A stretch of 63,976 bases of DNA, counting the filler, from Trypethelium eluteriae (lineage: Eukaryota): the NCBI GenBank assembly GCA_051942245.1. It is 4 parts of 4 records of this genome, joined end to end, with 100 filler letters (N's around TTAATTAATTAA, not from the genome) between each part and the next. Parts side by side here need not be neighbours in the genome. Positions count along the whole stretch, not along the records: positions 33,921 to 50,759 come from JAVECL010000612.1; 3 more parts are not named here. One strand, written 5' to 3'. Shown here piece by piece: positions 35,873 through 47,947 of this stretch. The position numbers were made by a program, and so were the translations under genes. Positions within the stretch are counted from its first letter, which is position 1. Each line of letters opens with the position of its first letter. The notes under the pieces were generated by a model. It had not been told where the DNA came from. It saw only the letters and a list, made by a program, of their open reading frames with translations, and ran no database searches.

Positions 35873-38211
35873 TGTTGCGAATGCTGATGCACAAATTGAA
35901 GTGGATATGGATTATGAGAGTGAAAGTAGAAATTCACGGTTCGGGAAGACGATAGGATGGACTTTGTATTGTTGTCGATGCAAGAAAGCTTCTGGTTGGA
36001 TGAAAACAATAGCACATCTATGACGAAAGATTGTGCGACTTGGATCGAGAGTCGCTGAACTCGATTGTGCTTACACGAACACGAGCAAAATCAGAGACGG
36101 GGAATCTACTTATAGCTCTGGAGAAGCCCATGAAATCCAGCTGAATCTGCCTTGTATGTAGGGCGCAAGAGTCATGCCAAGGCTTCGCGTGCATCCTACC
36201 GGTAGCCTCGCACTAAGCCAGATATGCAACCGTTGTCGCTCATCCGCGTAATAAATGGTGACATTGCAGATTTCGCTGTCTGGTTATGAGGGCCACGTCG
36301 ACTTTGTTGAAAAGCCGTAAGCGATAAGCTCCCTCTGCTGACGTTGCTTGCGTTGTATGCCTGCATTGGAAGCGCACTTGAGAGTCATTGCCGGTGAGGC
36401 AACACAAGAGTGGCACAGCTAAGGTAACAAGCGCCGCGTCGGTTGTCGATGGAGTTGACCCAGTCGGACAGCGTTGTACACTGAAGACGACCTCATCTAG
36501 GGATGAGAGAGTCGTAAGTCGACACGTCGTACAGCGGGTAGAGTACCTGAGTCCTTCAGAATGTGGAGGAGGAGCCTCGGAGGGATGATGCAAGTTGAAA
36601 AGAGTCACCGCAACCCCGACCTCATCAGCCAATCCAAGGGACCGACGCTTTCCGCACCGCATGTAGCCGAGCCTTCCCCCTGAACCATTTCCCACGAAAC
36701 CTGTCAAGACCGCCCATCACGAAGTATTTGGCTGCAAATGGAAAAGATAGCGCTCAAGATCATACCCATTGCAGCGAAGGCATTGGATCAAAATGTCTAG
36801 AACTTGTGCCCATCATGAGATTCATACGCGGCCTCCAAGGCTGGACGGGAAATCAGGGATAGAGATACCAATGCAACGAGTCAGTGGATGTACAAAATGC
36901 CATGTGCTGCAAGTTGCTCCGAAGGAAACAATGTGTAGACCTCTATTGAAAGAAATGGATCTCGAATAGCGGCCGTAGGATGGTCTCGGTAGCGTTTGCA
37001 GATTATGATTGCCAATATCTTGTAGGTGGGAGCACTTAATGAAGCTGGTCCAACAGTCTACTGAATCTATCAGCCATGTGTCCAGAGGTCCAATTAGTGC
37101 GTGTTAAAAATATGAAACAGCCAACTAGACTTTACATCCTCAGCCATTCATCAACCGCCTTGGTGGATACACTCTTCTCTCCGGATTGACACTCAGAGGG
37201 AGGCCGATCTGACGCCACGGGACTACTGCAGTCAGGATGGTGATTATCACGAGTTCTTTTCTGACTGTAGAAGAAACCCATGAGCCCAGCAGGCAGACGC
37301 AGTTAGGCACGCCGGAGACGAAACAAAGCAACAATAGCATGAAAGAAAGACTGACTGGCCTTTGTTGACCACACTTTCCTGCTCTTTGAACTCCCCGAGG
37401 CGGCGAGTCGAGGGTAAACCCTCCACAAAGAACGAGGACCAGTCCCTTTATGCCTAGATCACAGACAAACACCTCCAATTGAAAAGTACAGATACGACAG
37501 TACGTAAAAGATTATCAAATCGAATCTCCAAAATAACTTAACTTAGCAGGGATATTCGTGGATAACAAAGGAACATAGGGACCAATGTTAAGTCAAGGCA
37601 CTTCATTGTGTGTGAACTATGGACTTGCCTTTTGGCTATTCCGTGAATCCCTTGTCCATTTTCCCGATCGGGCCTGCCGAATAAACAGCGGCGTGAGTAT
37701 CCATACAGACTTGTACCTGCTGTCTCTCCTACTTTTCGCCGGATTGCCTCTTTTTGGAACAGTGCGAATCCAGCATGGCGGCTGAGTATTGCTGAATGAC
37801 CTCTCGCAAATCCTACATCGTATCATTTGCAGAAGTGGGCGGTGATATGGAGATAACGCGGCTTGGACGCGCCTAGATGTCCTGGATCAGCCTCAAAGAT
37901 CACTGGTACCCAATAAAAATCATGTTATGTGCTGAAACCTCATGTTTCAATCGAAAAGAATAGCAAAGACGGGACCAATAGTCTTTGCCCTCCATCATCC
38001 TGCTGTCTATTTTGCCAGAAGCCATAATCTCAAGTCATTCTGGCTTGTTTTTCCTCTGCTCTTTGGAATGACTGGGCTTGTTTTGGCACATCTCACACGT
38101 AGCAAAGCCACAGTCTTGATCAGGGACATCTGTGATTATCATGCTAACTTACGATGAATCCTATCAATTGAGCAACAACAAGCGCGAAGAACTCTTTCTC
38201 AATCCTCAAAC

Positions 38212-39437
38212 ATGCCTCTTGCTGCAGGAGCTTCAGGGCGAATCGGATGTACTTATTGCCAAACTCTCACAGGTCTAGTCTGTGCAAGCTGCAAAGAATC
38301 GCCATCACTGCACGGAGGCTTAATTTCGGAGACGCCCTACTGCTCGGATACTTGCTGGGAAAATCATAGGCCGAGGCACGAAAATGACTGCACGAAATGG
38401 AAGCAAAGGCGATGTCTATTTCGCGCAGCCCAAATCGTGCGAGACCTTTTCTACCATTTCGCAATGCACCATTTCTCCACGGCAATAAGTCGTGTAGTCC
38501 CTGACGGCAATGAATTACGCATTCACGAGGATCCAATAGCTCCAGAGAGCGTGTTTGCCGACTTCTCAGCGAACGAATTCTCAAATGTCGAAGATCTACT
38601 GACAGTCTTGACTTACCATCAGTGTACTGAGTCTTTGTTCCATACGACAGCGCTGGTGGAAGCTTTGTTCTTTGGTAAGAGCGCCTGAAACATGGACCCA
38701 TACCTTAAGATGTTTCGACACATTTTTCAACATCAGCAGCCATCGAGGCCTCAATGTCTAAATTCAAAAAGATCGTCCCAGCTAACATCTTTCGACTAGG
38801 TATCACTCACAGCACCAAAGACATCAGAGAAGTAAGGCACAATGTTGGAACCAAATACCGATCGCCTATGTACGTTGATCAAGGCCCAAGACCAACACTC
38901 CATGATATCTGGAAGATAACTCTGAAGAGCGATGAAGTCTATGTTTTGGATCTAGCAGGGGCTCAGTTCGGCAATCGCGATGTTGTCGTTCCCTGGCAAG
39001 AGTACAGATCCACACGAATCAATGGTTTAGAGATCGAGCGCGATCTATACGCAATCAGGCAGGAGTATACCCGGGGAGCCATTCGAGATGCCGAAGTCGA
39101 TACCGAGAAAGAATTCCGCAATGTGTTCATCTGGCATTTCACTCGGACTATGGATCATACACTGAAGGCTTGGCAGGAAAGTCCTGGGGCTCTGAAACTC
39201 CACGAGATCATTGCGCTAGATAACTTAACCGACTACGAAGCGAAGCGGCAAGGGCTTTTCGATCAGGCTATAAATTCAGTAGCTGCTGAACGGAAGAGGC
39301 TCATCAAGGAGAAAATCATCAGGCTAGAGGACGAGGCTACATGTTTGGTTCTACCAAGACACTCAGAGGTAGATGGATGGATTGCAGAAATGAAAGAGGA
39401 AACTGAATCACTTGGTCAGGCTGGAATGGGTTCATGA
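38212..39437 (+). CDS. MYND-type zinc-finger protein (~366 aa); exons 38212-38674, 38800-39437
   Basis: CTYC-x6-CASC...YCSDTC-x7-H-x3-C MYND pattern; C-terminal YVLDLAGAQFG motif. Intron GTAAGA...GCTAAC...CTAG joins in phase. Confidence 0.8.
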
Positions 39438-39620
39438 GCTGCTCCCTGGTATTCTTGGCCAATCCCATTGGAAAGGCTACCACTTATGATCATCTTATGG
39501 TACTAATGGAAGAGGAAACTGAATCAATTGGTCAAGTTGGCATGGGTTCATGAGCTATTCCCTGGTATTCTTGGCCAGCCTCATCGGAAAGGCTATAACT
39601 TATGATTGTTTTATGGTACT
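39389..39620 (+). repeat. Diverged tandem duplication, 116-bp period, two copies, spanning the MYND gene stop codon
   Basis: aatgaaagaggaaactgaatca...ttatggtact (39389-39504) repeated as aatggaagaggaaactgaatca...ttatggtact (39505-39620). Confidence 0.9.
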
Positions 39621-39896
39621 AATGAATGATGATTGCTTGAAGCGCAATACAGATTGTGCGTTACGTGCCTTAAAGTATTGAAGCTCTGCTCATTACTGAA
39701 ACGGGACTTTGTACTTTTCTTGAAGTTCTCTAGCTTGCTTAGGATTGAATGGTTTATTCTGAAGTTTGGCCATAACATAGTCTAGAGAACTCCAGTATCC
39801 ATGTGACATTGGAGATAATATCATTATGGTAGGATTTATTGCCAAGTTCAAGTTATTGCATTTGCAATCAAAGTGCAACTAGAGTAATGCATTGCT

Positions 39897-41108
39897 CTAT
39901 AGCAGATCACCCCTCTGTTGCAAATTTTTTCGAAGGTAAATGGTCAGATCTCCGAACTTGTCATCCTCGTTCGTGGGGAATGCCATGCTATTGTAATGCT
40001 CGACCATTTCTCGTACGCGAGGGGAATCAGGATCTGTGCTATATGGCCTACTTTGTGTTAGCCGAGCTATTCTTGCGAAGACCTCTTAAGCCTAATGCCA
40101 AGGAATTCACTTACGCGATCCAAATCTCTCTGTCGTTGTCAAGGAACTCTTCCCATTTCTTTTTCTCCTCACCGCCTTCCTTCACAGTGTTACACACCAT
40201 AGCAGCAGGCCACTGTATATCGGCAATGACCTGCTTTACAGGCACGTTAGGGGAGATGGAAAGAACCAATGTCTGAGCATCGACCTTGAGGAAGCCCTTG
40301 GGATCATCCAGAGGAGTAAAGCCTATCGAGCGCAAGAAGGCCTTGTCCCTTTCGCTATAAATTGGATCCTGGGCGAAGCAACCAACGGAACTTCCAAATC
40401 TATCCTCGAAGATCTTCGCTATTGTCAATGCTGCCGCATACTGAGAATGAGAGCGGCCCAACTGATATTCTTCTTGCTCTTTTTCGCCTTTGTATGATGG
40501 AGGACCAAGGGCAAAGCAGACAACCTTACTGATTGTAGTGTCGAGATGTGCAGTCATAAGATGTTGCTTTAGGGAACGATAAGCCTCGCTTTTTTGCCAT
40601 ACGTCCTGCCAACCCCCAAATATTCTGTGGGTATCTGCTAGGGAATGTTCTTCTCGGAATTGAAGTGGACTTAGGGAAATCCATACGGGATGCTGCACCC
40701 AGGGCCTCATTTGTGGCCACTCGGGGTTGTGGTTGACGACGGACTCAAAGCTGGAATAATGAAGTGTTGCCTCTCTCCTAGACATCTTGTGTCAGTGAAC
40801 CACTGTGACGGCTTCTAGCCTCGTCTATATGGAACAAAAGCAAGAGGGTATAGTCTTCTAAACTTGTTCCGTACTTCCACTTACGGTCTTGGTGACCATT
40901 CAGGCGGAGCCGTAGTTCGATTTTTCTGTTTTTGACCTTTCAGATCATCGATATAGATATACTCGTTGCCTTCTTCCATCTGCCGGTCTATATCTTCGAG
41001 CATCTGTCGAGAGTGTAAAGGTCCCCCCATAGCATAGGACTGAGTAAACTCTTCAATCCATCGATTGGCTTCGCGAATGTCCTCCTCGTAAGTCTGGCCG
41101 GCGTCCAT
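39897..41108 (-). CDS. SRR1-like domain protein (~345 aa); exons 41108-40885, 40777-40115, 40047-39897
   Basis: ISKVVCFALG...SQYAAALTI...CFAQDPIYSERDKAFLRSIGF...DDPKGFL...PNVPVKQVIAD...PAAM, ending DPDSPRVREM...FGDLTIY. Two GTAAGT...TAG introns with branch sites give 1038 nt. Confidence 0.82.
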
Positions 41109-42225
41109 AATCTCTCTGCTGCTGTGGAAGTTGAAGCACTTAGCGGTATGCACGTCGTGATTCGTGATGGTGGCAGAAACCAGCGTGAAATGAAGTCACA
41201 CGATTACCGTGCCTCAATTGCATGTCAAAGTCAAGAATGAAGAATGTGTTCGATCAGGACGCCCTTATCACAAATACCTCATAACACTTCATGTGTCTAG
41301 GGTTTACTCGACGAGGTTTACATTCAAAACGACCTCGTTTGCAGGAAACCGTCTTCGATGGTATACAACCGCAGTCTGTACAGTTTTTCTCAAAGACTAG
41401 TCAAGGCGGGTGCTATGCTTGAGGCTTAAACGCAAAGCTGAGGTTTAGAAAAGTGCGATTGCCGAGCGAACGCGATTCTCACGCGGGGTACTGAACGCGT
41501 TCGAATCCTGCCTTCGAGCTAGGACTGGCGTAGAAAAGCTTATCTGTGATATTATCGTTATCCTGCATAGTCATTAATTACAACATGGGCTGCTGTTTTT
41601 CTATCCATCTCATCATGACTGGCTAGGTAGGCACTATTTGGACGTCCCGTCGCGTCTCGTAAACGAAAAGCCAAGACGATACAAAGGTAATTCGAAGAAT
41701 GGAACAGATGGAGAAGACCATGAAGCCAGCGTGCCAAATTGAAAAGCGCGACCGACCTTCTGTCCGTTGCAGGGATATTGTGGATCCCATACACTTACAA
41801 CCCCTGATGCGCGCGTACCATTCACCGTTACCTTGAAGACCGAAAGTAGATTGAGTGGCCTTGATTTAGACGAAATCCTGAATGAACCTACTAAAGTACT
41901 TAATGATGTAAACGAGGCTTTCAGGTGTCTCGAGAATGAGTGAGGGGAGAATCTGCTGGATTTAATACAAATCATCGGGGCTACTTTCTCCCACATGCAT
42001 CCCTACAAGTTAGGTTCCAGCACATGAGGGAAGTGTTCACTTGTAGACCGTCTAATATCATAGGACTCCCTTCGACTCTGCGATATTACTCAATTGTGAA
42101 GGTCGCCTTTCTGGGTGTTGACAATCGCCAGTCTCTCGCCTCTTAACTGAGAGGCGTACTGCCCATACTGCTACCTGTTCTCACAGGCCGAGAAGTAACC
42201 TGTGCGGTGCTCATCTACATGGCGT

Positions 42226-42800
42226 TCACGCAACAAGTGGGCTATCATTGTGCCCTTTCATTGTTACCTGTGTTGAGTGAATGCCTCCACAAGTTTCCCG
42301 GTCAAGTTCAGGGTAATATCGTCGGATTGTAACCGAGCCCAGGCTAGTAATAAAAGCTGATGCTTCCCAAAGAACTTTCATCCTCCGAATCCGGCTTTTC
42401 CTCATAAAGACGACCAAGTACAAATGCCCCTTTGCATTGTGCTCTCTTTGTTTGGCATATTCTGAATTGTGGCCCGACTCTTTCTCTGGGTCTTCTTCAG
42501 AAACAATATATGGTGTGCTCAAGTGGTCATCGTCAGGACATTCTTGCTCGTCTTCCTCCTGTCCATAATATTCGGAATCCCCATCTGTCAATGTGTACTC
42601 ATCCACCGTATTGATGTGCCTACGATAATCAAATCTTGCAAGCTTGTAGATGTACAACAACTTCTTCCGTGCGGCTTCGGAACGTGGTCGTCCTCCTCAA
42701 TGATCAGGCCATTGCAGAATGCGTGAAAGACTGCTGTCCTCGAATTCCAGCCCGTCCCGTCCCGGACCGATCGAATCGCTGCAGAAGCGTGGATACTAGG
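42226..42800 (-). pseudogene. Possible degenerate gene fragment with in-frame stops and an acidic tract
   Basis: The frame of ORF 42660-42226 continues upstream through TGA (42699-42697) and TAG (42798-42796) with protein-like text (FEDSSLSRILQWPDH*GGRPRSEAARKKLLYIYKLARFDY). No family recognised. Confidence 0.3.
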
Positions 42801-45048
42801 ATCTATCTTCGAACGGAACGTCGGTTATGAGGATGAGCTGAGAAGGTGCTTTCACAGCGCTCAGAATTGCAGAGTCTACGATATCGTATGCTCGAGGGTT
42901 CGGATCGGAGTCACGGTGTTACGGATATCATGAGTGGGGAGCGGCGCACTCTTCGCTGCGGCGTTGTCAAGAAGCTCGGAGTCCAAGCGGACTGATTCAG
43001 GGGAACTCCAGATGAATCATTGATATGGCGGTGCTAGCTCGCAGCCACAGAAAAAAGTACGGGCCGCACGGCCTCGCTGGCTCATCGCCATTCCGGAGTC
43101 TGACCCGGGATCTTGGTATCTCAGAATCGTCATCAGGAGCATTGCGAGCGATAGCAAGATCTAAATCTCGGTATTTGCTTGGGCATCGTGGAAGGAGAGG
43201 GGTGGAGAGACAGTCGGCGACTAGAGTAGACACGCCATCTGGCTTGAGAAAGAAATGAGTAAGTCCACTCACTAAAGTAGCTATCTGGCTGGGCCGATCA
43301 CTTCCGTACAGCTAGGACCTTCATCGCCTCGTCGCCTCGTCTTACGGCGCTACAGTACCGCAGATTGAGTGGGTCTAATTCAATTCGTACCAGCCGTTCA
43401 CCCCACATTTCCACTGAAGACGCTTTTACGGGTTTAGCGACAGCGCTCAGTCGCGCAGTTGAAAGCAAAGGCGTAAGATCCTTGGCTTTTTGATCTACAG
43501 TAGTGACCGATCTGCAGCAAGGGACAAAATCCCGGCTGCGCAGTTAAGACTTCTTGAATACACACGCCCATAGGTGCGCACGTGAATGCGCACTGAAATC
43601 ACATAACAGTGGCGAAAGTGCCGGAAAATTCCGGTTACTGATGCCTATTCAATTCACAGACAAAAGCCTACGCTTATACAGATGCTGGTGGCTACTGCGA
43701 GACACCGTTGCTATGTCACCCCATTCGACTCGGCTGTCCTTGGCTAGAGTACCACTGAAAGATGATGACAAACAAATTGACTTTGACCGCAGACGCAATT
43801 CAGCAAGTCGCCAGGCCCAATGCAGAATGAAAGGGACAAGATGAGAAAGTCCAGCAATGGCGAAGGACCATCACACCTTCATCTGGTTATGTCCATGAGA
43901 CGGCCTGGATGGGTTGTGCTCCGCTTCCGCTTTGTCTCGATGGGGTGATCCACATCGACACAAGACCTCATTGTCGCGATTCGCTGTGAAGCAGATGGAA
44001 CGTGCAGCGCGACTGCACGGTGGGCATCTCCCGGATGTTTCTCCCCGCTCTAGCGCAATTTCCCTTGGTACCTGAGGTGCTGAGGAGCATTAGTACCAGG
44101 CGCGGGTTATACGCCATACGGATCACGGTAAACATCCGCCGAACAAGGCACGGAAAAATTCTGTGCGCTTTCCTGTCACCCCCGCGTGCCTGTGTAGGAG
44201 ATAGCTGCGGCCCACCGCTAGCACAGGGTGACAGAGTGTCATAAAGACGCGACGACCATAGCCAATTTTCCTGAACCAAGGACAATTCCTGAGGGCAAGG
44301 CTGACCATGTGCTCTTTAATCTACTGAACTATAATGATCCCTCAACAGATCACGCCAGAAGTGGATTTGTGCTCGAAACCCCTCGTGCCCCTTTGGAAGT
44401 CGTCTTGACTCGCACCACTGATGTCGCACGCTAGCAATCCGCCGCACCTCTTGTACCTGCTGCAAATGGTCTGCAGCCATTAGAGCACTCCGTAGCGTAC
44501 CATGTTGCGCCGTCTTTCCATCCGCATACATACACTTCGGTGCTTCGGTAGCCCATAATGGTCTCCCTAACACCGTTTAAGGTCGACATGCTCATTACGA
44601 GGTCCGAAGATGGCGGGGCGGGAAGAATTGCTAGCTCATTTGCGCGGGTATTCTGTAGTGTGTCTTGCGTTGGGCTGAAACATTGTCTCCATGGCTCTGA
44701 ATTTCAAGGTTGGTCGGGGAATTTGCCGTGTCATGGAACGCTAGGTGGTTCGGTTGAGGTTAGCCGAACTATGTGTTTAGCTGCAAAGCCACTGGAGAAG
44801 CCACTGGAGAAGGCCTTGGGGAGGTCTTAAAAAGGTCGACAGAAGGAAATCTAGTCTCTTACCATTAGAACCTTCTTGACTCAATGAACGTCCTTCAAGT
44901 TGTTTATCCCTGAGAAGGTCCAAACGCTACCCTACGCTGATCATAGGGTTGGTCTAGCGAAACGGCATCACGACAAGCAATGCGTGGACTTAAATAATTG
45001 AGAAAATCAGAACTCGTCGTTGGTTGAGTTCTACGCATCATCTCCAGT

Positions 45049-46279
45049 ATGGACCTTTACCAGCAATATCATGCCTACGGCGGCCGGGGCCCTACATGCG
45101 TTCGCACCGGCTTAAGCTTGGCGGTGCTCGCAACAATTCTGATTATTTTGCGCATATACGTACGCCTTCGGATTAACAATCTCGGAACTACAGCTCTGCT
45201 TTGGGCTATTGCGGCTTGGGTAAGGGACGCTGGAGGAAATCTGCTAGACTTCCACGAGAACATAAGAGCATAATTAACCCGTAGTATAGGGACTGACAGT
45301 CGTCACCCAAGTATTTGGCGTATTGGCTGCATTACACGGCCTTGGGAATCACATGACTGTCCTCCTGGAGACAGGCGAAGCGCATAACTTTCTGAAATTC
45401 ACTTGGCTTACGGTGTTCTTTTTCTGTATTGCTATTGCTACCGGCAAGGCTGCGGTTGCAGTCTTCCTCATCGAAATCACTGGACTCGCTTGTAAGACTT
45501 TCAATATTCTTTGTATTCGCATTGTGCCATACGAAGCTGACATTGCTCCATGAAGATCCCAAAATACGCTACACCCTCATTTTTTTGGCAGCGGCGAATT
45601 TCCTCATCTCCATTCCGATAGCGATCTATTCCCAGTTCCACTGCAGTCCTGTCAGCGCTATATGGGATCCACTACGACAGGATCAGTGTAACGCACGGGC
45701 TTATGTACTGCTGTCATACGTTATCGGCTCTGTCGCTGCCCTCTCAGACCTCGTGCTAGCATTGCTACCAACTTACGTTCTGTGGTCGTTACAAATCGAC
45801 AGGAGGCTTAAACAACTTCTCTGTGTGCTCCTTGGCCTTGGGGTCATTGCATCAATTGCTGCAATTGTAAGAACATGGGCGTCAGGCTTCCTTGAAGGCG
45901 CGGATGCGTCATGTAAGTCTTCCGTCACTCATCCAACGAATTAGGAAATGTGAACCTTTGGCTAATTCGCTGTGAAAAAGATCATCTGGGAATCCTCTTC
46001 ACGTGGGGAGAGGTAGAGGAGTGGTTGGTCATCATCGCCATGTCTGTTCCACCAACGTGGCCTCTATTCAAACCGTTCTGCCAGCGCTTTGCCCACATAG
46101 TGTCTCGAAGTAGCTCACATTTGAGCAGTGGGAAACATTATGAGAACAAAGGAGACGGTGCCAGTACCGACAACGTATTACGTATTCGACAGGAGCGGGG
46201 ATTTGAATTGACCAGCGAGCACCGTCTCAGCAGGGACATGAAGAGGACTAGCTATCTGGAAATAGAGGAAGATGAATGA
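45049..46279 (+). CDS. PTH11-like integral membrane protein (fungal rhodopsin-type domain, no CFEM; ~342 aa); exons 45049-45219, 45290-45491, 45556-45912, 45981-46279
   Basis: Seven hydrophobic segments; motifs LRIYVR, HGLGNH, CSPVSAIWDP...C, SDLVLALLP, LGLGVIASIAAIVRT and W-x2-VE-x4-IIA-x-S-x-P. Three GT-AG introns give 1029 nt. Confidence 0.88.
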
Positions 46280-46887
46280 ATGTTTATGATTATGAAAAGG
46301 TAAAACGAACTTTGTAGATTATACTGGAGCACAGAACAGCCAGGAAATTCTTCAAATGTACTTATGACCCGAACAGCAGTACCAAACAGCACCGAAGATA
46401 TGTGACACCACCAGCAGATTTTGTCGATCAGTGTTTTCTGCCGTAGTAACCGAGGCTTGTTTATTCAGGTAATCTTGTATGGGCTTCTTGGACCGACTGA
46501 CAGTATACACGCAGTTTTCCGTATTCTTGAAAATTGGTGGACCGAGTCAGCTGGATGGCGACATCTTCTTGGCACGCTTGCTCAAGATCCTGCTGTGCCG
46601 GTTTGTCAGCAGTGACTCGGGTTTACAACCTAGTCACACATACTAGATTCTATTTCAATCGTACGTCATGCAGCCAAATCTTTGGACAATAAACAAAGAA
46701 TTCAGTGGCGATGATTCTTGGAGCGAAAGGGTTGTGATAAGTTTGGGCATCGGCTTGGTTGACGCTAACGTAAGTCTTTGTAGTACTTATGAACAGCCAT
46801 ATTACAAGCAAGTCCTCAAATCTGGGGCTTACTTTACCAATATCTACTCTTTATACTATTTTCCAATAAATCAAACCCAGAGTGACG

Positions 46888-47628
46888 ATGGCTGTCCCTC
46901 TTATTGCGTACACGGTCGAGCACTACAATTCTTTACCTGAACTTCGCCTCGCAAAGGAATGCATTGAAGCTAAACACGCTTCAAAGGTCTTGGTCGATGA
47001 GCTCGCTGATACATTTGTCCAATATGGAGTCGAGAAAGAACTGGGAGTGACCCTCCTCCACAACCATTTTCTCATGGAACCTAAGGAGATGTTGGTGAAT
47101 GTCGACTCTGTAGCCGTACCATGGAACAAGGACAGCGGAGCAGAAGAGCTTGGAGATGTGAACGCTAGCTCCTGGCGCTTCATGGAAGGAGGCCTCATGC
47201 CTTACGAGTTCACCTACCATGGCCGTAAAGTTCCATTGGACTCTTTCCACTTGCAACGGTTCTTAGAAGCGGTCCGTACTATTCTTGATACATTCGGCCT
47301 GATGGATATCTTCGGCATTTGTCTACTCGACGGAAAGAAAATAGACAGTTCTGCGACTATTGAATTCACCAGTGGACGAGCAAACATCACGCTACCTTTT
47401 GACATCGGCCCTTACAACGGAGTGGGCATCGACGCAATGTGGCAATTTTACTCTTGTCATCATCCAACGAAACGAGGTGAGTAGTGCTAGAAAGCACTTC
47501 TGGGCACTTTCGATTTGACAGATTATCTCTTAGAACAGGAGGCTAGAGCCGGACCTATTGCCTTCGGTCAGTGTGAAAACCGCTGCAAGGGGAAACCACA
47601 CGAATCGAGACATATTGCCAACACCTAA
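46888..47628 (+). CDS. Uncharacterised protein with LLHNHF motif and C-terminal C-x3-C-x4-H-x3-H tail (~227 aa); exons 46888-47476, 47534-47628
   Basis: ORF MAVPLIAYTVEHYNSLP...LGVTLLHNHF...SSWRF...PYEF...TIEFTSGRANITLPF. Intron G|GTGAGT...TTAG|AA adds EQEARAGPIAFGQCENRCKGKPHESRHIANT*. Confidence 0.8.
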
Positions 47629-47947
47629 CACAGCTAGCGTTCAGTCGCAGAAGCTTGGATGCGAGCTGGAACAGGCCATCTCTCAGCATCAAAATACCCA
47701 ATGAATATTCGCTATCGTGTATGTACATTCAATGGGTGCAGCATTGCTTGTTTGCTTTCATCTCCATAGTCATCTCAGTATGATCATTGAGTTAATGGTC
47801 AGAGTTTTGGCTCCTGCATGTATCGTACAAGACCTGGTGAGACTCGAAATGACGATAGGCATTTGAACTGCCAGCCTAAATATTCTCACTATGCGTAGTA
47901 ATGCCTATAGGTAACACAGCGCCATACCATGAAAATAATGAAAGCCT

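Noticed and set aside
41452..41520. tRNA-like words (TGCCGAGCG ... GTTCGAATCCTGC)
   Set aside because: A B-box/T-loop 10-mer is present, but I could not pair the T stem or acceptor stem or find an anticodon arm. tRNAscan-SE would settle it.
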